NCBI RefSeq assembly: GCF_963921235.1
Contig: NC_086110.1
Coordinates: 13,144,001-13,208,000 of the forward strand
Direction: 5' to 3'
Length of the DNA: 64,000 bases
Source of the DNA: Mobula hypostoma
Lineage: Eukaryota
The notes below the pieces were generated by a model. That model did no database searches, had not been told where the DNA came from, and worked only from the letters and a program-made list of their open reading frames with translations. Shown piece by piece: positions 1-12,800 of the stretch. Both the position numbers and the translations under genes were made by a program. Within the stretch, counting starts at the first letter, position 1. The number at the start of each line of letters is the position of its first letter.

Positions 1-3000
1 CAGAATGATGATACGGGTTCAACATATTAATGTGAACCAGCTGCGTGGCCTTCCTCTTATCAGGAGTTTCAATAACATAATTCAAAGAATCAATTTTCTT
101 CACTATGTGGTATGGCCCATGGAATTTTGCTTGGAGGAGACTGGTCACAAGAGAGAACAGCACCAGTACTTTGTTTCCAACTTCAAACACTTGGTCCCTC
201 GCTCCCGTATCAAACCACTGTTTCATTTTAATTTGGGAGTGCTGCAGATTCTACCTGGCAAGGTCGCAGGCCTTGTTAAGCCTTTCTCAGAATTTTAAAA
301 CACACACATCTGGGTTAGACCATTGCTCCCTAAACAGGGTCAAAGGTCCTTTGGGCCTATGGCCAAAAATGAGTTCGAACGGGCTGAACCCCAGGGACTC
401 TTGAATGGTGTCGGTCACAGCAAAAAGTAGTAAGTGTATCCCCTCATCCCAATCCTTATCATTCTCATGGCAGTAGGTCTTAATCATAGTTTTTAAAGTG
501 GAATGAAACCTCTCCAGAGCCCCTTGAGACGCGGGGTGGTAGGCAAATGACACAATCTGTTGAGCACCCAGCTCAGACACTACTTGCTGGAATATTTTTG
601 AAGTGAAGTTGCTGCCCTGGTCAGATTGAATTTATTTGGGTAACCCTACCAGCGCGAAATAATTGCTGAGTGCTATTACCACAGTCTTGGCCTGGATGCT
701 TCTGGGAGGCACAGCTTCCGGGAATCTAAAGGCATCACACATTATTGTTAACAAATACTGATGACCAGCTGCAGTCTTTGGCAAAGGGCCTACACAATCC
801 ACTATGACCCTGGAAAAAGGTTCACCAAAAGCAGGGATTGGGCTAAGTGGTGCTTTTGGAATGGCCTGGTTAGGTTTTCCCACTGCCTTACACATATGAC
901 ATCCTCTGCAGTAATTGACAATATCTCTCCTCATGTTAGGCCAATAAAACTCCCTCAGGATCCTGTGCACAGTCTTTTTTATTCCAAAATCTCCCCCTAA
1001 AGGCAACTTATGGGCCAGGTTTAAAATTTCAACCCTATAAACCTTTGGAACCACCACCTGGTGCACAATAGCCCAATCCTCACTCGCAGGCACAGTGGCT
1101 GGTCTCCACTTCCTCATTAACATCCCCTCCTTAATTAATACCCCACTGTTTCTTTCTGAATCTCCTCCTCAGGGAGAGCTGTCTCTTTTAAAGCCACAAC
1201 TTCTGGATCTTTATTCTGCTCCTCTATAAGCTCCTTCCTTGACAAGGACAGGTCTTTCCTCTCCTCCTTGCTCTCCTCAGCCTTACTACCCCCTAAATCC
1301 TGTTGATATAAGGACGGTAGGAAAGTCTCAGATAAATCAATATTAGCAGCAGCCTTTCTGGACATTGTTCGTGTCACTGCACATGCGGGATACACATCAG
1401 CATCTTTGGGCGGGTCCTCAGCAGCAGCAGGCTTGCTTGTCAGCTGAATTGCTGGGTAAACTTCCCCACCTGCAAGGTCATTACCGAGTAAGACATCAAC
1501 ATGGTCTATCGGTATCTCAGATCGGACCCCTATTATGACTGGTTTCGACACCAAGTCACATTTCAAGATTATCTTATGCAAGGGCACGTCCTCTGCTCCA
1601 TTTCCAATGCCATTAATGATGTTTACTTCTCGAGTGTCTGTCTCCGCACCAAATTCCAAAACATTCTTTAATATCAGTGACTGGAAAGCTCCATTATCTC
1701 TCCATATTTTAACTGGGACTGGGTTTGACCCCTCCTTCACAGACTCAAACCCTTCTAAAATAAACCTATCGAGTCCTTCCTGAACTCGATTCGACGCCTT
1801 TTTCCTCAGCGGTATTTTAGCCATCTGAACACAGCCAGTTGGGGTTTTCTCTTTCTCCTTTCCTTTCCCCCTTTTCGTAGCAAAACAATTCGACGCCACA
1901 TGGCCAGGTTTTCCACAAGAATAACACTTAAAACTGGGAAATTTTTCCCCCAACTGTTTCCCTTCCTCCTTACTTTTAACACTAATCCCTGGTTTACTTT
2001 CTGGTTTAGCCGGTGGATTATCTCTACTCCATTGTGGGTTACTCTTAGTTGGGAAAAAAATTACTTTATGAGTTAGGGATTATTCATCTGCTAACTTAGC
2101 AACTTCTGACAGTGTCGTCGCCCCTTTTATATTTAAGTGCGTCCCTATCTCAGCCGAGACGCAGTTTTTCAACTCTTCAATCAACATTAACTCTCTCATG
2201 TTGCCAACACTCTCAACCGCCCCTTACGAAGCCCACCACCGATCGAAGTGCACCTATTTCTCATGGGCAAACTCTACATACGTTTGGTTCCAGGACTTTC
2301 TCAAACCTCGAAACCTTTGTCTGCACGCCTCCGGGACTAACTCATAAGCCTTAAACACAGGATCCTTCACTTTATCATAATCATTTGCGTCTTTGAGAGA
2401 CAGGGCTGCATATGCTTGCTGGGCCTTTCCCTTTACAACACTCTGTAATAACACCTCCACTGGCCCCGCGGCCACTCCCGATTACGGGCCACTCTCTCGA
2501 AATGCAAGAAATGCCTATCAATTTCCGCTTCATCAAACGGAGGTACTAACTTAATTTCTCGACTGACACTAAACCCCACCTCACGGTTCACCATCTGAGC
2601 GTTCTGCTGCTATCTCTCCCTTTCAAATGCTCTCTGCCTCTCTGCCTTTTCTCTCTGTTTCTGTGCCTCCTCTCTCTGTTTCTCTGCCTGCTCTCTCTCT
2701 AATTTCAATCTCTCTATCTTTAATTGTTCCAGGTGGACCTCGACCTCCACTTTCACTACAGGAAACCTCTTTAACTCCCCCTCCTCAAATGTCCGTATGG
2801 AGGCATAATATTCAGCTATTTTTCTCTGAATTTCTGCTTTCGTCATACCTCTCTTTACCGCAACATTCACTTTCTTAGCAATGTCCCGCAACTCATATTT
2901 CCTGGCCTTCTTCAAGGACACGGGGTCTGGCGATTCCTGAAATCTCGCAACATCCATTTCTGCTGTTTTTCCACACAAACAAATCAAAAATGGATTTTCC

Positions 3001-3060
3001 CCCAATCAATTCAAACCAGCCTCCCGACCAACTTGATATCGCGAACGCAGGCCCCAATTT
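1..3060 (-). mobile_element. Gmr1-like Gypsy LTR retrotransposon internal region (gag-protease-integrase), frameshifted, running off the window start
   Basis: Minus-strand ORF pieces: gag 3005-2254, CCHC knuckle CYSCGKPGHVASNC and protease-like IWRDNGAFQSL (1953-1135), then directly integrase HHCC (AHKLPLGGDFG...CRGCHMC) and core (VIVDCVGPLP; YHPASQGALERFH) at 1123-287. Degenerate tRNA-Pro-like PBS at about 3037-3056. Confidence 0.9.
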
Positions 3061-3932
3061 TTTCACGTACCCCGTGACGGGGATAAAGAAACAGCGGAAA
3101 TAGAAACCACTTTGGAGTCTCGTATTGCTATAAACTAATAGTACTTATCAGTAACTACGCAATACAGTAATATAAAAGTAAATAAATTACACAGGTTAGC
3201 AATGATTATATATAAAAGTAAGTGTGGAATATATAGGTATGATAAAACCAAGCTTCCTTAAGTCTAGGGGTAAAAAGATACAGTCTTATGATGTTGAGTA
3301 AAGTTCAGTTCAGATCAGTTCGTGGTATTTAGTTGAATAGTGATGAAGAAAGAGAGGTCTTCTGTGGTGGAGCTATCACCCAGGCGAGGTAGACACATAG
3401 ACAACTCCCACCAGACAACCCCTTCTTAACCGGTGGAATAACAATTTGGATCAATCCGCATGATCAATCCTCCAAAACCCCCTTTCTCTGCGGGCACATC
3501 AATGCTCATTCAGTGTGCAGATCATGTGTCTGATGTCTGTTTCATCTGACTTATCATTTATTTCACCAGGCTGAGCATCAGCTGTCATTCAAAGACTCCC
3601 TCCTTCCTTTGTCTGTAAAGGAGTGCTCAAGCAGGCAACAAGTCCTTGAAGAAATATCAACAATCTGCCTTTGGTCACCATAGCAACCCTTTGAGCTGCT
3701 CAGTGTTGTATCCAACTGCAAACTCAGTAGAAATCCAAAGTTACTTCCAGTGCCTTAAAGAGATAGTCCAACCGTTAATCTAGGTCTCTCTCTTTCTCTC
3801 TCTCTCTCTCTCTTTTCAAAAGCAACATATCGGTGGTAAATAACTCTGTTTCTCTCTCCTTTCCAAACAAACCATCTATAATAAATGTCTCTCTCCAAAC
3901 AGTTTATAGCGGCACTCCTGGAACCCCTCACA
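3061..3932 (-). repeat. 5' LTR of the Gmr1-like element at 1-3060
   Basis: Begins TTTCACGTACCCCGTGAC, resembling TGTTACGTACCCCGTAAC at 25873, and ends ...CCCCTCACA at 3932. About 870 bp, similar in size to the 861-bp LTRs at 25873 and 29893, and adjacent to the PBS-like sequence. Confidence 0.7.
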
Positions 3933-6853
3933 GTACAAAGTTCATTTATGAATGTTATTCCTCTTCCCTATTCTGTCCTAGGTAGTGTGAATCTAAGTGC
4001 GTTCGAATGGACATTGTTTTTTTCTAAAATTTATAATTTTAATTCTTACTTTTCCTTGTAAATTTTCCAGATGGGCTTCGACCGAAAATGTTATGCCAGA
4101 AGAATACTTTAATGGGTATTATTATTAATATGATTAGTATTATATAAGTACCATAGTTGCCAGCTCATGCGGATATCCAGGTATCCCGTGCCGAGTGATC
4201 AGGGACAGTTCCTGCGAACAATTGACGTTGCCATTGCAGTACTCTTCAGCCTTTCTACTAACTGATCAATTATATTCCCCGTTGGCATCCGATTTTTATG
4301 TAAAATTCTTTTAAATCTTTGCCTGAACATTGCTGGAAAGCTTAGAGAAGGTTACTGTTGTTGGTCCTGCTTTTCCTAACCTCGTATCAGCAAATTTGCA
4401 CACCAATCTTCCATAAGTTAAGTACTCCCTTTCAAATAATCTATTTGCACGATGGTAGTTTGTCTGGATATTTTCACTTTCCAGATGCATCTTTTAAGCA
4501 AACTCCCGTTCTTGAAGTGTTCCTCATGATTTGATCGGAGGAACAGCAATTTTGGTAGCTGCAATATTAAGCTAAAATTCACAGCGGTAAGAATAGTACT
4601 CAGACTCCTCCTACTGGCATTGCATGGAGTAGACGGGTTACTCGAAGGGCTCCGGTTTTTTTTTAAATTACTGAATCCAATCTGCTTTGAAATACTTACT
4701 TTTGGAATATTATGATGTCTCGTGCTGAAACTTCAAAAATAAGAAGATCCCTCTGTGACTATGTAAACTATTGCGGAGTTAATTTGGAAAGCTCGGAACT
4801 CTTGTTTAGCTCTTTGGAATAATATTTAGTCTATCAACTCCAGAATTTTAAATGTTTATTTTTGCTTCATCTAACCTTGTTCCCTCAGTTTGACTAATTA
4901 ATTCGTTGCAATTGTGTAGTTTATTTGTTTATTACTTTTCTCTTTGAACAGTTCTTTTTCTCCGATATATTTTCATAAATAATTCTTCTTTTTCTTCTCT
5001 TTCTTATTTTTTCTGTTTAGGAAATTTATAGACTTAACTTCAGTAACTTTTCTTTGTAATTATTTTTTGCAAATATTATGATTTGATTTTTTTTGGTTCT
5101 TTTGAAGGTTGCTTGCCTTGGTCACATTTTTAACCGTCCTATTAATATACTGTCGCATCTGTGAATACCAGTAAAAGTCTTGTTTTTCTGATAAGTGTTT
5201 CTCTTTGAGCATTTGAAAACGGAACAGTGTTCTTTCTTTCATTATATTGTAAATAGCTGTTATTCCTTTAGCTGTACGGACCTTAAATCGAGAATCCAGT
5301 TTATTCGGTGTAAAATCGGAGTCATATGCACACTTATAAGATCTGCAATGTCTCTCTTTAGTTTATATTCTTTTTTAATAGTTTTCCATATTTTAAGAGT
5401 CAATTTCACCTACGGGTTGTCAATATTATCCATGCAACCTTGTAGGTTATTATCAGCCAAAATTGCCTGTATGAGGATGGAAAGTATCCTCTACTCAATG
5501 TTTTTCCATTGAGCGTCATATGTTGGGTTGCACCAGCATATCACAGCTCTCAACTGTGCTGCAAAATAATAATCTTTAAGAGAGGGTAAGCCCCATATCC
5601 TCTCTTCCTTGGCTAATTGCAAAGTTTTGAGACGAACTCTAAGCCTTTTACATTGCCATATATATTTTGATAGCATCTTGGCCCATTCATTGAATTGATT
5701 TTGTTAATCTCTATTCGCAGGGTCTGAAGCAGATATAGTAGTCTGGGCAGTATATTAATTTTAATAGATTCAATCCTTCAACTGAGACCAAGAAAAGGAA
5801 TTAGTTTCCATCCTGTAAAACCTTCCTTTTATATATATATATATATAGATCAAAATGTCATTTGCATAACAGGCCAATTTAAGCTCTGTCTGTTTAATTG
5901 TGATTCCCCTGATATCTTCACTTTGTCTGATGGTTCCCGATATAATGCGAAGAGTAGCGGTGACCATGTACAACACTGTCTCGTGCCCCTTTCTAGGTTA
6001 ACACTATTCGATAAATATCCGTCGATTTTAATCCTGGCGTTAGGATTGTCGTATAGTGCCTGTGTAGTTTTAATAACTGTGTCATGTAGACAAAATGCAT
6101 GTAAAACTCTGTAAAGAAAATTCCAATTAATTGAATCAAATGCCTTTTCAGCATCCAGGCTTATCACTATTGCTTCAATTTCATTTTTTTTATATGATCC
6201 ATAATGTGAAGGGCCCTTCGTATTTTGTCTTGTGCTTGGCATTGTTGTATAAAACCTGACTGATCATTATGTATCAGTGTGGGTAGGAACTCTTCTTATC
6301 GTTTGGCCAGGATGGAGGTAAATATTCTATAATCCACATTAAGAACAGACATTGGTCTAAATGACTCATTTTCCATTTTATACTTGCCTTCTTTCGGTAT
6401 AGCTGAGATTATCACCACCTTCAAGCTGGGTAGCATTTGCGCCTTTCTTAGGGCCACGTTCAGTGTGGGGAGTAAAACAGGAATTAATTAACCTTTAAAC
6501 CCTTTATTCCAGTCTGTCGTATATCCATCTGATCCTGGTGACTTGCTTAATTTAAGCCTTCTAATTGTAGTTCTCAGTTCAGCTTCAGTTATGTCAGCAG
6601 TCATCGTTCTATTTTGTTCTTTGCTTAAAGTGGGTAACTCAAAAGAATCCAGAAAGGTGTAATTTTGGGTTATGCTTCCCCCTGGAGCTTTGGAATATGG
6701 AGTTTCGTAAAACATTTCAAATCTTCTTGTATTTAATTTAGCTTACTTTTTTTTTATCATATTTGTTCTTGGATCCCTAATTCATTGAATTGTATTTTCT
6801 GCTATCATTTGCTTTCAGTTTCCGCGCCAGTATTTTCATAGATTTAGATCCAC
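3933..6853 (-). mobile_element. L1-clade LINE fragments (ORF2 RT and downstream part 6853-5040; a 5'/ORF1-type piece about 4620-3940)
   Basis: Translations ISLDAEKAFDSINW, RGTRQCCTWSPLLFAL, LACYANDILI, LPSLKDYYFAAQL. The sequence is the reverse complement of parts of the L1 copy at 42200-49137 (e.g. 4561-4595 vs 42221-42260). Many stops and frameshifts. Confidence 0.85.
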
Positions 6854-9800
6854 TGTCATGGTTCGGTCCATGATGTCTGCATTTCGGTTCACGGTCCGGT
6901 CCGTGGACTCAGGACTCCGTGTCTTCCAGCTGTCCCTTGTTTTGGTTGAGTTAAGCATAGGCACCTGATTCCCATCTTGAGGCTTGGGATATAAGTAGCC
7001 TTGGGGTCGAGTGCGGGCTGTCGGTTTGTCTTGTCAAGATTTCCTGGGAGCAACCTACCGGCTTGGGTGGCCACTTGCCATCTTTGGGCGGCACTGGAGA
7101 ACTATCGCTTCATAGAGCCTTGCTGTCGGTAGTTGCATATGTCTTTGCGGTATAGATTCGGCAGTTTCCCGGGCCAGCTGAGTGGCCCTCAGCCACTCCG
7201 AGCCAGGTAGGGATCCGGCTGTTTCCGTAGCTAGCCGAGGTTACTGTCCGTAACTGCGACTCGGAGCAACCCCGATGCGGAAATGGAACTGCCTGTCGTT
7301 CTTAGATGTTTGTCTGCTCTTGTCCTTGCCTCCGTGGTGTAAGCCAGGCCGTTCTGCCGTCGCCCTGCGGGGTATCTGTCTTGTCTTGTCCTTGCCTCCG
7401 TGGGGTATGTCAGGCCGTTCTGCCGGTGTCCTGTGGTGGGATCCGTCTTGTCTTCTCTTTGCCTCTGTTGCGTAAGTCAGACCGTTCTGCCGTTACCCGA
7501 ACGAGGGACCTTTCCCACCTTGGTGTGGAGTTGAAGTTGAGTCCCTGCTTGTCTAAGTATAAGTCCTGGCTCTATGTCTATTTTCTGTCCAGTATCATGT
7601 TGGTGTCGTGTTAAAGATGACTCCCGGCTTTTCGAAGGATAAGTCCCTGCTCTATGTTGATGTACAGTTCCCAGCCTGACTTCAAGCTCAAGCCTCGAGA
7701 CCCCAGAGAGTCTCCAAGCTCAAGCCTCAAGACCCCAGCCTGCCTCCAGGCTCAAGCCTCGAGACCCCAGACTGTCTCTAAGTTCAAGCCTCGAGACCCC
7801 AGCCTGCCTCCAGGCTCAAGCCTCGAGACCCCAGACTGTCTCTAAGTTCAAGCCTCGAGACCGCAGCCTGCCTGCAGGCTCAAGCCTCGAGTCCCCAGCC
7901 TGCCTGCAGGCTCAAGCCTCGAGACCCCAGCCTGCCTCAAGGCTCAAGCCTCGAGACCCCAGCCTGCCTGCAGGCTCAAGCCTCGAGACTCCAGCCTGCC
8001 TGCAGGCTCAAGCCTCGAGACCCCAGCCTGCCTCCAGGCTCAAGCCACGAGACCCCAGCCTGCCTGCAGGCTCAAGCATCGAGACTCAAGCCTGCCTGCA
8101 GGCTCAAGGCTCGAGACCCCAGACTGCCTGCAGGCTCAAGCCTCGAGACCCCAGCCTGCCTGCAGGCTCAAGCCTCGAGACCCCAGCCTGCCTCAAGGCT
8201 CAAGCCTCGAGACCCCAGCCTGCCTGCAGGCTCAGGCCTCGAGACTCCAGCCTGCCTGCAGGCTCAAGCCTCGAGACCCCAGCCTGCCTCCAGGCTCAAG
8301 CCTCGAGGCCCCAGCCTGCCCCCAGGCTCAAGCCTCGAGACCCCAGCCTGCCCGCAGGCTCAAGCCTCGAGACCCCAGCCTGCCTGCAGGCTCAAGCCTC
8401 GAGACCCCAGCCTGCCTGCAGGCTCAAGCCTCGAGACCCCAGCCTGCCTGCAGGCTCAAGCCTCGAGACCCCAGCCTGCCTGCAGGCTCAAGGCTCGAGA
8501 CCCCAGCCTGCCTGCAGGCTCAAGCCTCGAGACCCCAGCCTGCCTGCAGGCTCAAGCCTCGAGACCACAGCCTGCCTGCAGGCTCAAGACTCGAGACCAC
8601 AGCCTGCCTCCAGGCTCAGACCTCGAGACCGCAGCCTGCCTCCAGGCTCAAGCCTCGAGACCCCAGCCTGCCTCCAGGCTCAAGCCTCGAGACCCCAGCC
8701 TGCATCCAGGCTCAGGCCTCGAGTTCCCAGCCTGCCTCCAGGCTGAGGCCTCGAGACCCCAGCCTGCCTCCAGGCTCAAGCCTCGAGAACCCAGCCTGCC
8801 TCTGGGCTGAAGCCTCGACACCCCAGCCTGCCTCTAAGTTCAAGCCTGGAGACCGCAGCCTTCCTGCAGGCTCAAGCCTCGAGTCCCCAGCCTGCCTGCA
8901 GGCTCAGGCCTCGAGGCCCCAGCCTGCCTCCAGGCTAAAGCCTCGAGTCCACAGCCTGCCTGCAGGCTCAAGCCTCCAGACCCTAGCCTGCCTCCAGGCT
9001 CAAGCCTCGAGACCCCAGCCTTCCTGCAGGCTCAAGCCTCGAGACTCCAGCCTGCCTCCAGGCTCAAGCCTCGAGACCCAAGCCTGCCTGCATGCTCAAG
9101 CCTCGAGACCCCAGCCTGCCTGCAGGATCAAGCCTCGAGACCCCAGCCTGCCTGCAGGCTCAAGCCTCGAGACCCCAGCCTGCCTGCAGGCTCAAGCCTC
9201 GAGACCCCAGCCTGCCTGCAGGCTCAAGCCTCGAGACCCCAGCCTGCCTGCAGGCTCAAGCCTCGAGATCCCAGCCTGCCTGCAGGCTCAAGCCTCGAGA
9301 CCCCAGCCTGCCTGCAGGCTCAAGCCTCGAGACCCCAGCCTGCCTGCAGGCTCAAGCCTCGAGACCCCAGCCTGCCTCCAGGCTCAAGCCTCGTGACCCC
9401 AGCCTGCCTGCAGGCTCAAGCCTCGAGAACCCAGCCTGCCTCGAGGCTCAAGCCTCGAGACCCCAGCCTGCCTCCAGGCTCAGGCCTCGAGACCCCTGCC
9501 TGCCTCCAGGCTCATGCCTCGAGACCCCAGCCTGCCTGCAGACTCAAGCCTCGAGACCCCAGCCTGCCTCCAGGCTCAAGCCTCGAGACCCCAGCCTGCC
9601 TGCAGGCTCAAGGCTCGAGACCCCAGCCTGCCTGCAGGCTCAAGCCTCGAGACCCCAGCCTGCCTCCAGGCTCAAGCCTCGAGGCCCCAGCCTGCCCCCA
9701 GGCTCAAGCCTCGAGACCCCAGCCTGCCTGCAGGCTCAAGCCTCGAGACCCCAGCCTGCCTGCAGGCTCAAGCCTCGAGACCCCAGCCTGCCTGCAGGCT

Positions 9801-12800
9801 CAAGCCTCGAGACCCCAGCCTGCCTGCAGGCTCAAGCCTCGAGACCCCAGCCTGCCTGCAGGCTCAAGCCTCGAGACCCCAGCCTGCCTCCAGGCTCAGG
9901 CGTCGAGACCCCAGCCTGCCTCCAGGCTCAAGCCTCGAGACCACAGCCTGCCTCCAAGCTCAGGCCTCGAGACCGCAGCCTGCCTCCAAGCTCAGGCCTC
10001 GAGACCGCAGCCTTCCTCCAGGCTCAAGCCTCGAGACCCCAGCCTGCCTCCAGGCTCAGGCCTCGAGACGCCAGCCTGCCTCCAGGCTCAAGCCTCGAGA
10101 CCCCAGCCTGCATCCAGGCTCAGGCCTTTCCCAGCCTGCCTCCAGGCTGAGGCCTCGAGACCCCAGTCTGCCTCCAGGCTCAAGCCTCGAGAACCCAGCC
10201 TGCCTCTGGGCTGAAGCCTCGAGAACCCAGCCTGCCTCTAAGTTCAATCCTCGAGACCGCAGCCTTCCTGCAGGCTCAAGCCTCGAGTCCCCAGCCTGCC
10301 TGCATGCTCAAGCCTCGAGTCCCCAGCCTGCCTCCAGGCTAAAGCCTCGAGTCCCCAGCCTGCCTGCAGGCTCAAGCCTCGAGACCACAGCCTGCCTCCA
10401 GGCTCAGACCTCGAGACCGCAGCCTGCCTCCAGGCTCAGGCCTCGAGACCCCAGCCTGCCTCCAGGCTCAAGCCTCGAGACCCCAGCCTGCATCCAGGCT
10501 CAGGCCTCGAGTTCCCAGCCTGCCTCCAGGCTGAGGCCTCGAGACCCCAGCCTGCCTCCAGGCTCAAGCCTCGAGAACCCAGCCTGCCTCTGGGCTGAAG
10601 CCTCGAGACCCCAGCCTGCCTCTAAGTTCAAGCCTCGAGACCGCAGCCTTCCTGCAGGCTCAAGCCTCGAGTCCCCAGCCTGCCTGCAGGCTCAAGCCTC
10701 GAGTCCCCAGCCTGCCTCCAGGCTAAAGCCTCGAGTCCCCAGCCTGCCTGCAGGCTCAAGCCTCGAGACCCTAGCCTGCCTCCAGGCTCAAGCCTCGAGA
10801 CCCCAGCCTTCCTGCAGGCTCAAGCCTCGAGACTCCAGCCTGCCTCCAGGCTCAAGCCTCGAGACCCCAGCCTGCCTGCATGCTCAAGCCTCGAGACCCC
10901 AGCCTGCCTGCAGGATCAAGCCTCGAGACCCCAGCCTGCCTGCAGGCTCAAGCCTCGAGACCCCAGCCTGCCTGCAGGCTCAAGCCTCGAGACCCCAGCC
11001 TGCCTGCAGGCTCAAGCCTCGAGACCCCAGCCTGCCTGCAGGCTCAAGCCTCGAGACCCCAGCCTGCCTGCAGGCTCAAGCCTCGAGACCCCAGCCTGCC
11101 TGCAGGCTCAAGCCTCGAGACCCCAGCCTGCCTGCAGGCTCAAGCCTCGAGACCCCAGCCTGCCTCCAGGCTCAAGCCTCGTGACCCCAGCCTGCCTGCA
11201 GGCTCAAGCCTCGAGACCCCAGCCTGCCTCGAGGCTCAAGCCTCGAGTCCCCAGCCTGCCTCCAGGCTCAGGCCTCGAGACCCCTGCCTGCCTCCAGGCT
11301 CATGCCTCGAGACCCCAGCCTGCCTGCAGACTCAAGCCTCGAGACCCCAGCCTGCCTCCAGGCTCAAGCCTCGAGACCCCAGCCTGCCTGCAGGCTCAAG
11401 CCTCGAGACCCCAGCCTGCCTCCAGGCTCAAGCCTCGAGACCCCAGCCTGCCTCCAGGCTCAAGCCTCGAGACCCCAGCCTGCCTGCAGGCTCAAGCCTC
11501 GAGACCCCAGCCTGCCTGCAGGCTCAAGCCTCGAGACCCCAGCCTGCCTGCAGGCTCAAGCCTCGAGACCCCAGCCTGCCTGCAGGCTCAAGCCTCGAGA
11601 CCCCAGCCTGCCTGCAGGCTCAAGCCTCGAGACCCCAGCCTGCCTCCAGGCTCAAGCCTCGAGACCCCAGCCTGCCTCCAGGCTCAAGCCTCGAGACCCC
11701 AGCCTGCCTCCAGGCTCAAGCCTCGAGACCCCAGCCTGCCTGCAGGCTCAAGCCTCGAGACCCCAGCCTGCCTCCAGGCTCAAGCCTCGAGACCCCAGCC
11801 TGCCTCCAGGCTCAAGCCTCGAGACCCCAGCCTGCCTCCAGGCTCAGGCCTCGAGACCCCAGCCTGCCTCCAGGCTCAAGCCTCGAGACCCCAGCCTGCC
11901 TCCAGGCTCAAGCCTCGAGACCCCAGCCTGCCTGCAGGCTCAAGCCTCGAGTCCCCAGCCTGCCTGCAGGCTCAAGCCTCGAGACCCCAGCCTGCCTCCA
12001 GGCTCAAGCCTCGAGACCCCAGCCTGCCTGCAGGCTCAAGCCTCGAGACCCCAGCCTGCCTGCAGGCTCAAGCCTCGAGACCCCAGCCTGCCTGCAGGCT
12101 CAAGCCTCGAGACCCCAGCCTGCCTCAGGCTCAAGCCTCGAGACCCCAGCCTGCCTGCAGGCTCAAGCCTCGAGACCCCAGCCTGCCTGCAGCTCAAGCC
12201 CTCCAGCCTGCCTCCAGGCTCAAGCCTCGAGACCCCAGCCTGCCTGCAGGCTCAAGCCTCGAGACCCCAGCCTGCCTCCAGGCTCAAGCCTCGAGACCCC
12301 AGCCTGCCTGCAGGCTCAAGCCTCGAGACCCCAGCCTGCCTCCAGGCTCAAGCCTCGAGACCCCAGCCTGCCTCCAGGCTCAGGCCTCGAGACCCCAGCC
12401 TGCCTCCAGGCTCAAGCCTCGAGACCCCAGCCTGCCTCCAGGCTCAGGCCTCGAGACCCCAGCCTGCCTCCAGGCTCAAGCCTCGAGACCCCAGCCTGCC
12501 TCCAGGCTCAGGCCTCGAGACCCCAGCCTGCCTCCAGGCTCAAGCCTCGAGACCCCAGCCTGCCTGCAGGCTCAAGCCTCGAGACCCCAGCCTGCCTGCA
12601 GGCTCAAGCCTCGAGACCCCAGCCTGCCTGCAGGCTCAAGCCTCGAGACCCCAGCCTGCCTGCAGGCTCAAGCCTCGAGACCCCAGCCTGCCTCCAGGCT
12701 CAAGCCTCGAGACCCCAGCCTGCCTGCAGGCTCAAGCCTCGAGACCCCAGCCTGCCTCCAGGCTCAGGCCTCGAGACCCCAGCCTGCCTCCAGGCTCAGG

